A stretch of DNA of 64,000 nucleotides from Okamejei kenojei (taxonomy: Eukaryota). Made by a program: the position numbers and the translations under genes. Every line of letters starts with the position of its first letter. Position 1 is the stretch's first letter. The notes under the pieces were generated by a model that saw only the letters and a program-made list of their open reading frames with translations, was not told where the DNA came from and searched no databases. The stretch lies in the NCBI GenBank assembly GCA_035221665.1, contig CM069140.1:14632001-14696000 (forward strand). The letters are read 5' to 3'. Shown here piece after piece: positions 50,880 to 64,000 of the stretch.

Positions 50880-51400
50880 AGACACAAAATGCTGGAGTAA
50901 CTGCGGGACAGGCAGCATCTCTGGAGGGAAGGAATGGGGGACGTTTCGGGTCAAGACCCTTCTTTAGACTGAGAGTCAGGGAAGATGGGAGATTAGAGAT
51001 ATGGAAGGGTAAGGTGTGAAAATGACCGATCAAAGCAGATGTTGATCCAATAAAATGTAGAACGGTTCATTGTTGGCTGAGGTGAAGGTGACAACGAGGC
51101 TTACAAACAGTAAAATTAATCAGGAGGACAATGAAGCTAGTTGGAGAATTAGCATGGGGGTGGGGGGTGGGGAGTGAAAACCAAGGGTTACTTGAAGATA
51201 GAGAAATCAAGATCATACCACTGGGGTGTAAGCTGCCCAACCAAAATATGAGGTGCTGTTCCTCCAATTTGCGCTGGGCCTCACTCTGGCAGTGGAGGAG
51301 GCCCAGGACAGAAAGGCCAGTATATGGGAGGGGGAGTTAAAGTGTTTAGCAACCAGGAGATCATGTAAGTCTGGACATACTGAGTGGAGGTGTTCAGCAA
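50880..51400 (-). mobile_element. Penelope-like element 3' fragment
   Basis: RFAEHLHSV...VAKHFNSPSH and EEQHLIFWLGSLHPSGM (frameshifted) plus terminal repeat. Confidence 0.65.
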
Positions 51401-53930
51401 AACGATCGTGTTTGCAAAACTGTGTATGCAAAATATTGTGAATCTTTACTGCAAGTAATTGCTTGGAGCTTTGGAAGTGAAAGTCGCCCAATCCTGATTG
51501 CACCAAGCTGAAGGCCAGACTTGGAGCAGCACCTTACGTGAGCTGTCTTGGCTGGTGCCTTTGCATGGGACTGTCACCATGATTCTGTTCCCTTCACTGT
51601 TCCGAATCCCCTGTCACAGGCTGGGGCAGTTTCACTAGATGCCAAGGTTGTTGCTACAAATGCCAGGTCTTGCAGATATTCACACTGGAACATTCGTGCC
51701 AATTGCTCCACAAAGAGACTTTGTTTCATCTGAATTCAAGAGTACATTTACCACCTAACAGCTAATTAACAAGTGTGAGAATCAACAAAATAACACAAAT
51801 ATGCTTTGTTGACTTATTTTATGTAAGGAATGCTTGAGGCTGATTTGGATAGGCTTTTTTACAGTGTGGAAACAGGCCTTCGACCCACCGAGTCCACGTC
51901 GACCAGCGATCCCCGTACCACAAGCAGTGTCCGACGCACTAGGGGCAATTTACAACGTTTCAAATGACCAGCTGTCGTGGCATTCAAAAACTATGGATGT
52001 CACTGACATTGAGAAGCACTCAGAACATATTTAATAATATTCAAGCCATAAACGTATTTGTATAAGAGCAGAAACCACTTGAAGCAATAACATATTTATG
52101 CAAAAACATAAAGTACTTATTTTAAATACATATTTATAAAACTAAAATAATTCAAACGTACGTAAATTAATCAAAACATAATCATAAATGCAAAGGACAT
52201 GTGCAGGGAATGGACATGACATTTTGAGACTGGACCCTTATTCAGTCAGGAGAAGGGTCAAGACCCAAAAAGCCCCCCGTCCATTCCCTCCACAGATGCT
52301 GCCTGACCCACGGAGTTACTCCAGCACTTGGCGTTTTGCTCAAGGTTCCAGCACCTGCAGTTGCCTGTGTATCTGCAGGAAAAGCCGTGTTGTTCCTGCC
52401 TGGTTCTGGGACTAAACTGGTGCAGCGAGTTGCGCAGACTCCTCACCTCAACGTTGCAGCATTGTCGCAGTTTGCATTGGACCCCATGTAGAGTGAATCA
52501 TCAGAGTGCAGTCAGACGTGCCATGTTGTACAGCGGTCAGGCAGTTCTCAACTTCTGCAGGAATGCATGCAAAAGAATGCACAATGCATTGGGAAATAGT
52601 CATAGCATCTCTCAGCATGGAAACAGGCCCTTCAGCCCAACTTGCCCACACTGGCCAACATGTCCTATCTATACAAATCCTACCTGCTGGTGTTTGGCCC
52701 ATTTTCCTCTAAACCTATTGTATCCTTGTACACGTCCAAATGTTTTTACAAACGAATTTCTACAGCAAATGCAACGCCGGAGAACCGGGTTCGATCCCGA
52801 CTACGGGTGCTGTCTATACAGAGTTTGTCCGTTCAACCCATGACCTGCGTGGGTTTTCTCCACGATCTTCGGTTTCCTCCCACATTTCAAAGATGTACAG
52901 GTTTGTAGGTTAATGGGCTTGGTAAATGTGAAGATTGTCTCCAGTGTGTGTAGCAGACTGTTAATATGTGGGAATCGCTGGTCAGCGCCGTACCCGGTGG
53001 CCCGAAGGACCTGTTTCCGCGCTGTTTCTCTAAACAAAACTAAAAACTAAATGTTGCGATAGTACCTGCCGCAACGACCTCCTCCGGCAGCTCGTTCCAT
53101 ACTCCACTTTGTGTACAACTTTGTGAAAAAAGTTATCGCTCAGGTTCCTATTAATTCTTGCTCCCTCGCCGTAAACCTATGTCCCATCGATCCCCCCTTG
53201 TCTGGGTAAGAGACTCTGTGCTTTCACCCAATCTATTCCTCTCACGATTTGGTACACCTCTATAAGATCACACCTCATCCTCCTGTGCTCCAAAGATTAG
53301 TCCTGTCATGCTCAACCTCTCCCTCTAGCTCACGCCCCAGAGTCCTGGCAACATCCTTGAAAATCGAGAAATATGCAGGGAATTGCCAGAGTTCCCTTTT
53401 AAATCTGGGCAAACAGATTCTGCAAGGTAACTAACTTCATATTGATCACAATATGCAGAATAATACATTTTGCATATTCATATCTTTCATGATAGGTTGT
53501 GATGACAGCCTTTTTTTTGTTTAGTTCAATGACATACGGTGGAAAACAGGCCCTTCAGCCCACCGAGTCCACACCATCGATCAACCGTTCACACGAGTTC
53601 TATGTCATCCCACTTTCTGAGCCACTCCCTGCACATTAAAGGCAATTTACAGGGGGCCAATTAACCTGCAAACCCGCACGTCTTTGGGATGTAGAAGGAA
53701 CCCGGAGGAATCTCACACGGTCACAAGGAGAACGTGCAAACTCCACGCACAGACAGCACCCGAGGTCAGGATCAAACCCGGGTCTCTGGCGCTGTGAGGC
53801 AGCTGCTCTACCCTATCCTCAGGACAATTCAACTTCCTCCTTCTGCGTTTCCATCAAGATGAGCTCAACCAGACAGAATAGTTTATTGTCAATTAGATGG
53901 CAATTGTCATGTCTGTTTACGTCCTTTCCA

Positions 53931-54956
53931 TAGCGATGTTACAACACTCACCTTCAGCGGCGCTGCAGTTCTGCCACTGGCCGTGTGCGCGACTTTGGCG
54001 CCTTTGGGAGGGGGGGGGGGGCGGGATTAAAATGCCGTTTTCTCCTGTCTGTCGGAGTCAAACTTTCTCAGGCTGTTCAGCTGCTGCAGAAAAATTGTTC
54101 CGACTACCGTTCTCGGAAGTTTATTTAAAAAAATCGCGGGACAATTTAATCCCTGGAGTAAAATAAAAAGTTACTTTGAATGCCGTCAACGCCTACAACG
54201 GGACGGATCTCAGGTAGGGGACAAAACATAAGGTAAGTCGTTTATTTTACACATAAACTTGCTTCTTAGGATGACTAATCAAAATTTCATTGGCGAAAAT
54301 GTGATTTTGGTCCAATACGAACTGGCAGTGTTTTTCCTGCCGATATGGGGTTAAAAGTCACTGCAACTGCAACGTTCCAATCAATCGCGTTCCACAAAAA
54401 CCCACTCGCAAGATGATTTAAATTCCCATTAAATTTACAGCAATTAAACATTAAATTCCTTCCATTTGGCCTATAAATTCATGACAAAATCATGTTATAT
54501 TGTGAATTCTTGTGTGAATGTTATTTGGACACAGCCTATTTAAAAATGTACTTAAGAAATGGATAGATGTTTAGATCTAGTAATTAAATTTTGTAATTAG
54601 CTACAATTAGGTAACTAACTAATTATATGCTTTAATTTCAGGTCATCCAAGTAAGATTGTTTCATATTTGTTTCAGAATGCTTCAATCTATAAAAAATGA
54701 AAATTTCATTCAGTTCTCTTAATTTTTAAGAAAGTTATGGTATTTTGACTGTCCTCGATCATAGCTTTTGAGTTAAGTCAATGGAAAAGCAATAGGGAAC
54801 AAGATGCTAATATCAGGAAATGAAAATGGCCATAACTTTTTTAGTACTGAAGATATGAAAGTGAATTAGGTGTCAAATTAAACTGCTTTTTATGCGTTAT
54901 CTGATGAGATAAATTGCAGACGATTTTTTAAATCTCAAAATGTTGTAACATTGCTA
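53931..54956. mobile_element. Non-autonomous DNA transposon, 16-bp TIR and 7-bp TSD
   Basis: tagcgatgttacaaca / tgttgtaacattgcta (15/16 inverted match). Direct repeat ctttcca on both sides. No ORF. Confidence 0.8.
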
Positions 54957-56569
54957 CTTTCCAGGCATAATCAATGGAGGTTTTTCTTCAGCTGAAATAA
55001 AAGTATATTTGGAAAATACTGAGCAAAGCCCTGTCTCCTATAGAGATAGAATGTCAGAATACATAATTCTGTGAAAGTCAGTTTTCAAACTGATTTGTAC
55101 TGGAAAACAACATACGGAGCTGCAAATGCTAGAATCTTGAGCAAAAAAACACTGGGGGAACTCAGCGATACAACCAGCATCCATGAAGGGAATGAACAGG
55201 CGACATTCCTGGTTGGGACCTTTCTTCAGACTGAAACGACTCACTGCATTAGGATAGAGCGTTGCCCTGCATTGCAAGGACGTGCAGCTCGGTTGGATCC
55301 CCTGTGTATTGCTGTAGGTGAGTAGATGAGTGGGACAATCTGGGGGAAGTTAATGGGGATGTGGAGAGAATAGGTTACAGGACAAAAGTGTTCAGGGAAT
55401 GGAATCATTGGGTAAACCAGAATGAACTTGGGCCAAAATCGTTCCTTTCATGTACGAAGGTAGTTAGTCTCATGTATGGGGGGACATCATAACACACATA
55501 CCAGGAAATATATTCAGAACAAACTGCAGGTATATACAAGTCTGCAGGCCACGGGGGAATAACGGTAACATACATAAAACATTTTAACCATTAAATACAA
55601 AGAGCTCACTAACCTGCAAGTGTCAGACACTGTAAACTTGCAGATCTTGCACTTCTGAAGATCTTCTTGTGCGTTCTGAATCCAGATAGTTTGATCCATT
55701 TGCATAATGACTGTGCACACCTGATATTTGTTGAGGATACTGTGGATTCTGGTTTACAAATGAAGACACAGAGTGCTGGAGTAACTCAGCGGGTCAGGCA
55801 GCATCTCTGAAGAACATGGATAGGTAAGGTTTTAGGCCAGGGCCCTTCTTCAGATTGGACACACCGGCAGTTGGAAATATAAGGGTCCAGAGAGGGTGGA
55901 AGGCTGGCGGGGGGGGGGGGGGGGGGGAGTCCGTGAGGAGGGGGATTGTTGGAGACGGGAGAGAGGATTGTCACTGATATTTGTCCTTCTGACTGGAACG
56001 CAGGATCTGATTTTTAAGATGGGCGTTTCTGTTTTCAACATTAAAATAACAAGGTGTAATATAACAACAAAGGACTGCAGATGCTGGTTGATACCAAAGA
56101 TAGACACAAAATGCTGGGGTAACTCAGCAAGTCAGGCAGCATCTCTGGAGACAACGGTATAGGTAGATTTTGGGTTGGGACCCTTTCTCAGTCCATTTCT
56201 GTAAAGATGAGTGAATGGGGGCCTAGAAACTGGAGGTTAAAGAGCTGAAGGGTACACGAGGTGTCTTGGACGTATGTTGGAAGGGATTGGACAAGGGGGG
56301 GGGGGGGGGGGGAGGAGGGGGGGGAATGGGATAGAATCATGCTGTCTGAAGATGACAATAACACTAACATTTAAAAAAATAAAAAATAAAAATAAATTTA
56401 AATAAAACAAAAATTAACATGGCTTTGAGAGAATGTGTAGGAAGGAACTGCAGATGCTGGTTTATACCGAAGATAGACACAGAGCTGGAGCAACGTAGCC
56501 GGTCAGACGGCATCTCTGGCGAAATGGAACAGGTGACGTTTCGGGTCGGCACCCTTCTTCAGACTTTGG

Positions 56570-57140
56570 AAACAAAAATAAGGACGTAATGTTGAGGCTC
56601 TGTAAGGCACTGGTAAGGCCACATTTGGAATATTGTGAGCAATTTTGGGCACCATATCTGAGGAAGGATGCACTGGCTCTGGAGAGGGTCCAGTGGAGGT
56701 TCACAAGAATGATCCCAGGAATTAGTAGGTTAACCTATGTTGAGCGTTTGTTGGCAGTGCGTCTGTTCTCACTGGAGTTTAGAAGATTGAGGGGGGGCCT
56801 AATTGAAAGACAGAATAGTTAACGCTTAGATACAGTGGATGCGGAGAGGATGTTTCCACTAATGGGAGAGTGTAGGACTAGAATTCAGAATTAAAGGATG
56901 TTCTTTTAGGTTAAGAAGGTTCTTGAATCTGTAGAATTCTTTGCCACAGAAGGCTATGGAGGCCAAGTCAGTGAATATTTTTAAGGTAGAGATAGATAGA
57001 TTCTTGAACAGTACAGGTGTCAGGGGTTATGGGGAAAAGACAGGAGAATGGGGTTAGGAGGGAGAGATAGATCAGCTATGATTGAATGGTGGAGTAGACT
57101 TGATGGACCAAATGGCTTAATTCTACTCCTATTCCTTCTG
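56570..57140 (+). mobile_element. CR1 LINE 3' fragment (one of many)
   Basis: LVRPHLEYCEQFWAPYLRKD. Similar CR1 3' ends at about 2810-3200(+), 22060-22500(+), 29125-29420(+), 30545-30945(-), 43040-43780(+), 48070-48410(-), 48945-49320(-) and 63150-63450(-). Confidence 0.8.
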
Positions 57141-57179
57141 ACCTGATGAGAGAAGCAGGTTGAAGAAAACATCGCAAAC

Positions 57180-60100
57180 AGCGTAAAATTGAAACTTTAT
57201 TGTTTGGCGACGGCAAAGCACAGCTCTGCAAAGTCTCAAGAATAACGTCATTCAGCCAACTCTGCATCATTCCCCTTAACATTATACAGCAGCTTGGACA
57301 AACTTTGAACAAACAGATCACCCACAGACAACCAGCTGCCACAGCAGTATCACTGTGCAGACTGGCTCTGATGATTTGGTTCCTGGGAGACATTTACACA
57401 CCTTGTCTGAATCGGAAGTTGAATGCATATAAATATCCAGATAAATTAAGGTAATTATTAATCTCTTGGAACATCAGGACCATTTTGAACATGACCTTGG
57501 ACCACATGGATGGAAAACGTAATTCTCTTGCAGTTTTATATTTGAATCACATCATTGACACCGACAGTAAGAGAATGTGAAAAACAGCTTCCACGTTGTT
57601 ACTCTGGATCAGAATGGGTAGCCTGTACAAATATGCTCCTTAAGGAACAACAATGAGGAAAAAATGGCACTAACAGCAGTTCAACAGATGATTAGCCCAT
57701 AACAATGATTCAAAGGTTTACGAGCCACATGGCTGGATTTTGAACATGAGACTGCTGTACAACCTCGCAGAGTTGTTTGATCAGGCACAGTCTCAGCTGA
57801 ACTGCACAATTAAATAGCACGACTGTGCAAAAGAGCCCTAGCAACAAGCCCGGCGGTATTTTACAATGCGTTAATAGAACCAAAACATTTTAGTTCACAG
57901 TTGGATCGTTTACAGTGATTCACGAACAACGATGTTTTTAGCTCAATGAGCAATCAGATAAACAATTGTATAATTTACACATGCAACCAATGTACGTAAT
58001 GAAAGTCACGTGCACATTCGGGATTGGACAGGCATGACCATGGAGAAGGTTTACTTTAAAAGATGAACAGATAAACACGACAAATGAGTCACAACCTGTT
58101 CTAGCAGTTGAACAAAATATTGCATATTAAAAAAGTTCGCTCCAATTTATGCATAGGGTGTGAACTCTACAGTTCGGAGAATGTGACGGCTTATTGATCT
58201 GATAAGATATTCAAGACTTTGGTAGGAAATGAAAAATAGCAATTAGAGAAAGATGATTTAACAGTTATTCACAAACAACCTATTCCGTGACTCGTAGTTA
58301 ACAGTGGAGCAAGTTTCAAAGTCAACTCACTATGCATGCAAATTAGCTACGTCTCTACATTAAATTTTATTAAAACATTGTTGTGCAAAAATTGAACTTA
58401 CGAGCCACATCTGACACACAAACCATTGGTAAATAAGGATTCATATTGCACAAAAAATTGTTATAAAAAAGAGCATGCCGTCCGGAGTGAGAAATAGGTG
58501 GCATTTAAATTACTTTCAATATATAAACTCAAGATAACAGTGGCATTTTCGATTACAAGAGCATTTAAAACAGAAACTCATATTGATTTGAGCTTTGGGG
58601 AAGTCTGAGGTATATCAAATAGGATTATCCCATTGGCTTTCTGCTTTGATATACAGCCTATGTGAAGAGGTGGTGGAAGTGACGACATACTGCCGCCATA
58701 TATTACACTTTAATTTCGTTCCAGTTCCCACAATAAAATTCAGTACCATCATTCAAATGTTCCATTAAGGCACCTATTGTAGCCTATGCTGCAGTGATGT
58801 ATCAAGTATTTATATTTTTAAAAAGTTATATCTGTATCTCTGCCAAATTTACAATTGTTGTCCTTTAGCAAGATCCAGCTAAAAGGAAAAAAAGATACAG
58901 AATTGAGCAAATAGAACCATAATTTACCTCTTGACCCCAGTAACAAAGTGGGCAAGGCAACATTTTATTTATGGCAATAAACTAACCAAATGTTCTTTGA
59001 AGATTTAAAAGTATTAAATATTAGTTATTAGATTTAATATGCTGCCATCTGTCCTAATACTTATCTTGCCAGTTTGTAACCCATGGAAGTACCATCGTGA
59101 ACTGGATAATAATAGGGCCCCCTTTTCCCTTACAGATGTAGGTTGCTGTTCAAACAACCCTGCTCGCTCACTTCGCATTCTAAAAACACAACAATATTTA
59201 ACTATTAACTCCTAAAGCATTTGTGCACAATTGTTCAATATACCAAAGAAGTACTTTACACCCAGACAATGTAAAGCAAATTGGTAGCACTCAAAAATCC
59301 TTATTGAAGTGATTCTTACCACAGACCTGAAACTCTTAAACGAGGTCCCGTGATTACCAATTAACTTTCCTGAAAAAAATTATTTTCTTGTGAAAATATC
59401 GCTCAGAGGGTCAAATGAGCCAGCATTCATGATGCTGGGGAGGATGAAAACTATTCAACTTATTTCAGGAAGGCGTGGACTTGAAACTCATCGGTAGAAA
59501 GCAAACCGATTACTAATGTTATAAAATGTTATATAAATCTCCACAGGAGTATTTTTTTTTAAATCTTCGCCCTTTACGTACCACAGTTTCCATTGTCATT
59601 CCCAGTAATTATTGCTTAATGGATTGACTTCAAGCCTATTCAGGGTTACACCATTTAAGTACCATATGGCTTGAGGAAGTTGCTACATGAAGACTTACGA
59701 TCGAGGATAACTGTAACATTTAAGGCAGAACCTTGGACCATTTGGCTTTAATTTACTGCATATTTCATTCATTGGCAAGGTAAAGCATAGATAATGGCAG
59801 AACACAGATGAAATATAATGGACAGTTTGAGCAGCGCACCTGACTTAAAGAGATTTATTAAAATGAATAGAATGGACTGTGGAGGGTTTAGGTGTAAGCA
59901 GTAGAAACAAGAAACTACAGATGTTGGTTTGCAAAACAAAGACACAAAGTGCTGGGGTAACTGCAAGTCAGGCAGCATCTCTGGAGAACTTGATTAGGTG
60001 ACGTTTTGGGTAAATGTGACAATTGAATAATCTTGACTACCCGTGGCTGTAGCTTATTGGACAATGTATTCTAAAACTCAGTGTGAAGAAGGATCTCGAC

Positions 60101-61705
60101 CCAAAACGTCACCTATCCACGTTCTTCAGAGATGCTGCCTGACCCACCGAGTTACTCCAGCACTTTGTTTTTCTTTGTTCGATGTAAGCAGTGCATTTTG
60201 TGTCAACAAGAAGTTGCCAGTACACATGTGAGATCAGCCATGATCGAATGGCAGAGTAGACTACATGCGCTGAATGGCTTAATTTTGCTCCTATGTGTTA
60301 GGATCTTATTAGTAAATATGTGTCATGTGGCCAGAAGATGAAAGAATGAAAGTGTGACTTTTATAAAGACGTGCTGCACTGGTGTGTACCAACACTAAGA
60401 AGCTCTGGGTGTAAGGAATTGCAGTGAACAGTGCTCATTATTCCCAACTCAATTGCTGATAAGCTTTGACAAAGCTACTGCGAATGCTCTTCCATTCCCT
60501 GTTGTACAAGGATTTATCGATATTTTATTTAGCCCATGTAAAAATTCGAAGTTCACCATAACCCTCTGAAGCTTTCTTATCCTTGTATCCGCCTCTACCA
60601 CCTCCTCTGGAAGCTCATTGCTCATACCCACCACCCTCTGTGTGACAAAGATGATGCCCAGAACCACAAGGGAGATGGTAGAGGCAGGGACAATGGCAAC
60701 ATTTAAAAGACATCTGGATATGGGATACATGGAGAGGAAAGGTACAAGGAGATGTGGGCCAACGCAGGTAAATGGGATTAGCGTAGATAGCCGTCTTGAG
60801 CGGCATGGCAGCGAAGGGCTGAAGGGTCTGTTTTGGTGCTGTGTAACCGTGAATCGATGACATTTGAAAGACCAGCATGATTTGATTGGAATAACATGAA
60901 GATTTATCACTAGCTCTGAATGTAGATCACTGATTCCTACGGCCGAGGAGAAAGACACGTTTGCATTTGTTGTTGACGTTTACCATTTTCACTGCCCTCA
61001 GTGACATGGCAACTCCTGTGTACAGGAATACTGGATTGCTGATTGACAGATGTACACACACTCCCCGAATTTTCTAAGGGTTATGTCCCCTGGACAATTG
61101 TGTAAGTCAGATGTTACACAAGTCGGAAACGGAAGTGCTACTACACACACGTAAGTTTATGAAACGATGCAGAGACCATTGGGGAATTCCAACGCCAAGA
61201 CTACTGGGGGGGGGGGGGAGCTCCGACACGGAGACCACGGAAGGAGTTCCGACGTGGAGACCACTGGGGAGCTCCAACGTGGAGACCACAAGAAGAGCTG
61301 ACTGGCTTACAGAAATGGCTGCATGCGAAGTCAGTAGTGCACTATGACCAAGACAAGCAACTCAGAAATAACAAATTGCTTATGCAAGTGCGAGTTTACG
61401 TAAATCACCGATTATATAAGCAGGGAAGTGAATGTACTGAGAAATGATGTGTCGTCAAGTGTTTAGCCCAAGTCTATAAATCAGGTGAACTTAACAGTCA
61501 TTTGAGAAATACATATTAAAAATTCAAACCTACAAGAAAATCTGTATTTCACTTTGCATAATTCAGTAAAGCAGTGGATTTTTAACATTCTGCACTTAAA
61601 AAGTTCAATGACTTTGTCCCTTACTGCAGTCCAATACACACTCTTTCATTTTCTTAAATAGCTACTCTATTCTAGCCCGGTTTAAACCATGGTTCCGCCT
61701 CCACA
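57180..61705 (-). other. DENND1B: Probable long 3'UTR of DENND1B
   Basis: Mostly repeat-poor, AT-rich sequence downstream of the stop. Minus-strand AATAAA at 57196-57201 followed by a GT-rich element. Further AATAAA near 58366 and 58964. Confidence 0.5.
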
Positions 61706-62212
61706 CTAGCTGTGGGTAGTGGAAGCCCCGACACTGGAAATGGTGTGGCCAGTTGTCATTCGGGAACACAAGCAGTCAATCTCTTGGAGAAGGTCTGTCT
61801 CACTGGCGGGCTCCACCAGTTCAACCTCGCCATCGTCTTTCTCCCAAGGGACGAGAACAGATGGGTTTTTGGGAACATCCTGACACTGCTCTTGATCTTC
61901 ACTGGTTAGTGTTCGTGCTGGTAGCTGCCCGGTCGAACCTTCCTCCTCCGGGCTCATTTCTGCGTGCGAGGCGCGAGTTGGCGGCGAGTTTTTAAACGAC
62001 GAGTCACTGTTGGGTTTTGGGAAATCCATCAACTTTTCAATTAACTCGGGTGAGAGGGGGTTGTCGGAATAGTCAAAAAATGATTTCCGTGGCGATGGAG
62101 GAAGGGGCTTTCTGTGGATTGTGGTGTCGTCCTGCCCCAGGTGCCAGCTCAGATTGTTACACTGCCCGCTGAGCTCAGACAGGTTGCCCTCACTCGGTGT
62201 ATTGGACTTGTT
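61706..62212 (-). CDS. DENND1B: DENND1B last coding exon
   Basis: ttttcactttcccag|AAC, phase 0. NKSNTPSEGNL...WHLGQDDTTIHRKPLPPSPRK...LVPWEKD...DLLQEIDCLC ending at TAG 61706-61708. Confidence 0.9.
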   Translation of the reverse strand, partial: NKSNTPSEGNLSELSGQCNNLSWHLGQDDTTIHRKPLPPSPRKSFFDYSDNPLSPELIEKLMDFPKPNSDSSFKNSPPTRASHAEMSPEEEGSTGQLPARTLTSEDQEQCQDVPKNPSVLVPWEKDDGEVELVEPASETDLLQEIDCLCSRMTTGHTISSVGASTTHS

Positions 62213-63540
62213 CTGGGAAAGTGAAAATAAACACATCAGGTCCAAGAGAGACAAAACCCTTCATGCCAAAATAAAACAAATAGCTGTCCATAAGGTCATA
62301 AGGAATAGGAGTAGAATGAGGCCATTTGGCCCATCAAGTCTACGCCGCCATTCAATCATGGCTGATCTATCTCTCCCTCCTAGCCCCATTCTCCTGTCTT
62401 CTCCCCATAACTTCTGACACCCGTACTAATCAAGAATATATCTCTGTCGTAAATCTACCTCTCTCTGTCCAGTATGGAAACCCAACACCAATCTTTTACA
62501 CTAAATTACTTTGAATTTAGTTTATTGTCACGTGCACCAATGTACTGTGAAAAGTTTTTAGAAGAGATATGCAGAGCAAGGTTTTTTACACCGAAGATAG
62601 TCTGAAGCAGAGCTTCAACCCAAAACGTCACCCATTCCTGCTATCCAGAGATGCTGCCTGTCCCGTTGAGTTACTCTAGCATTTTGCGTCTATCTTTGGC
62701 ATAAACCAGCATCTGCAGTTCCTTCCTACTCAAGTATTTTTACACAGTGGGTGCCTGTAACGCGCTGCCAGGAGTGGTCGTGGAGCCAGATATGATGGAG
62801 ACTTAGGGATGCTATAATGTAACAACAAGGAACTGCAGATGTTGGTTTATACCAAAGATGGACACAAAGTGATGGAGTATCTCAGAGGGTCAGCCTGCAT
62901 CTCTGGAGAACATGGATAGGTGACGTTTCGGGCCAGGACCCTTCTTCAGACTTAGCGATGCTGCCTGCCCCGCTGAGTTACTCTGCCTTTGTGATATAGC
63001 ATCTGCAGTTCCTGGTTCCTACATTTTAACTTATTTTTTTTAACGCCTTTAGATATTTAACATTTCGAATATTATATTTTAAAGAAAGCAATGTTAATTT
63101 TTCCTCATATTTTCTTTCCGAATTAAATCTCAATAGCATTGTGTGAACATAAAACAGTACAGCACAGGATTAGGCAACTTTGGCCCACATTGTCTATGCC
63201 AAACATGATGCTAAGTTAACATTAAACTCCTCTGTCTGTACAGGATCCATATCCCTCCATTCCCTACATATCTAAATGTCTATCTAAAAGCCTCTTAAGC
63301 ACCACTATCGTACCTGCCTCCGCCACCACCCCAGGGAGCACGTTCCAGGCATCCACCAGCCTCAGCGTATATAAAACTTGCCGCGCACATCTCTTCAAAA
63401 TGTTGCCCCTTCGTGCCCCGTGCCCTCCAGTGCTTGACATTTCCACCCTGTACTGTTCTATGTTCAATGTTTCTGTGTGTACTCTTCTATGTTCTGTGTC
63501 GTACAGCTGTGGGCTTGCTATTGGAAGGCAATGCACTCAC

Positions 63541-63757
63541 CCTGGTTTTATAGCTGACATCGTCCATGGATTTGAAGAAGTCCAGACTCTTTGCCGCACA
63601 CAGCTTCCCTTGGTCTGAACTGTGGGTGCTGAGCGTGTCCAGGATCTCCCCCAACAGGTCCATCTGCCCCGGAGACTGTGACTCCAATTCCATCTGTTCA
63701 GACTCATCGCTGTCATCAATGTAAGCGTATGTATCCCCGCTGTCTTCAGACGACAAC
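63541..63757 (-). CDS. DENND1B: DENND1B penultimate coding exon
   Basis: Minus-strand cccaag|G to AGG|gtgagt, phase 2/0. LSSEDSGDTYAYIDDSDE...MDLLGEILDTLSTHSSDQGKLCAAKSLDFFKSMDDVSYKTR matches the DENND1B C-terminal region as recalled. CRB1-DENND1B synteny. Confidence 0.9.
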
Positions 63758-64000
63758 CTTGGGAACACAAACGTGGTAAGTAAAGGCCCTGGCCCACTTT
63801 CCCGAGTTACTCACAAATTCTCCTGAGTTTTCCCATTGATTCAAACTCGGAGAATGTCTATAGCGAGTCTGTAGGAGACCGTAGGATATTTCATAGCGGC
63901 TCGTAATGCCGGCCGTAGGTACTCAGGGCATCAGGTAAGTCGGGACGTTTTTTCAGCATGTTGAAAAATGTCCATGAGTAAAAACTATAGCCCCGAGTAC

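Noticed and set aside
1920-62990. CRISPR-like array from the recurring tgctggagtaactcagcggg repeat
   Set aside because: Dispersed, both orientations, irregular spacing, eukaryotic context. It is a retroelement-derived repeat.

Overview
Vertebrate genomic DNA. The repeat content (HE1/V-SINE-like SINEs, CR1 LINEs, Penelope-derived short repeats) points to a cartilaginous fish, probably a skate or ray; this is an inference. The + strand carries exons 4-12 of crumbs homolog 1 (CRB1), with EGF and laminin-G domains and splice phases that join in frame. The - strand carries the last two coding exons and probable long 3'UTR of DENND1B, matching the known CRB1-DENND1B synteny. Two isoform systems stand out. 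First, a complete CRB1-B-like photoreceptor isoform is present: an alternative signal-peptide exon at 5193-5241 in intron 5 and read-through of exon 11 into a distinct TM/tail. Second, the 20-kb last intron holds a complete nested, same-strand three-exon CRB3-like unit (35137-35218, 41318-41370, 44335-44559). It encodes a 119-aa type-I membrane protein ending ERLI, and its TM/tail exon ends under 200 bp upstream of the canonical CRB1 terminal exon. Both ERLI exons have phase-0 acceptors, so long or short ectodomains could in principle join either tail. The rest is dense with retroelement fragments, hammerhead-like Penelope-derived repeats and non-autonomous DNA transposons. Comparisons with human, mouse and fly proteins are from memory and need checking by alignment.
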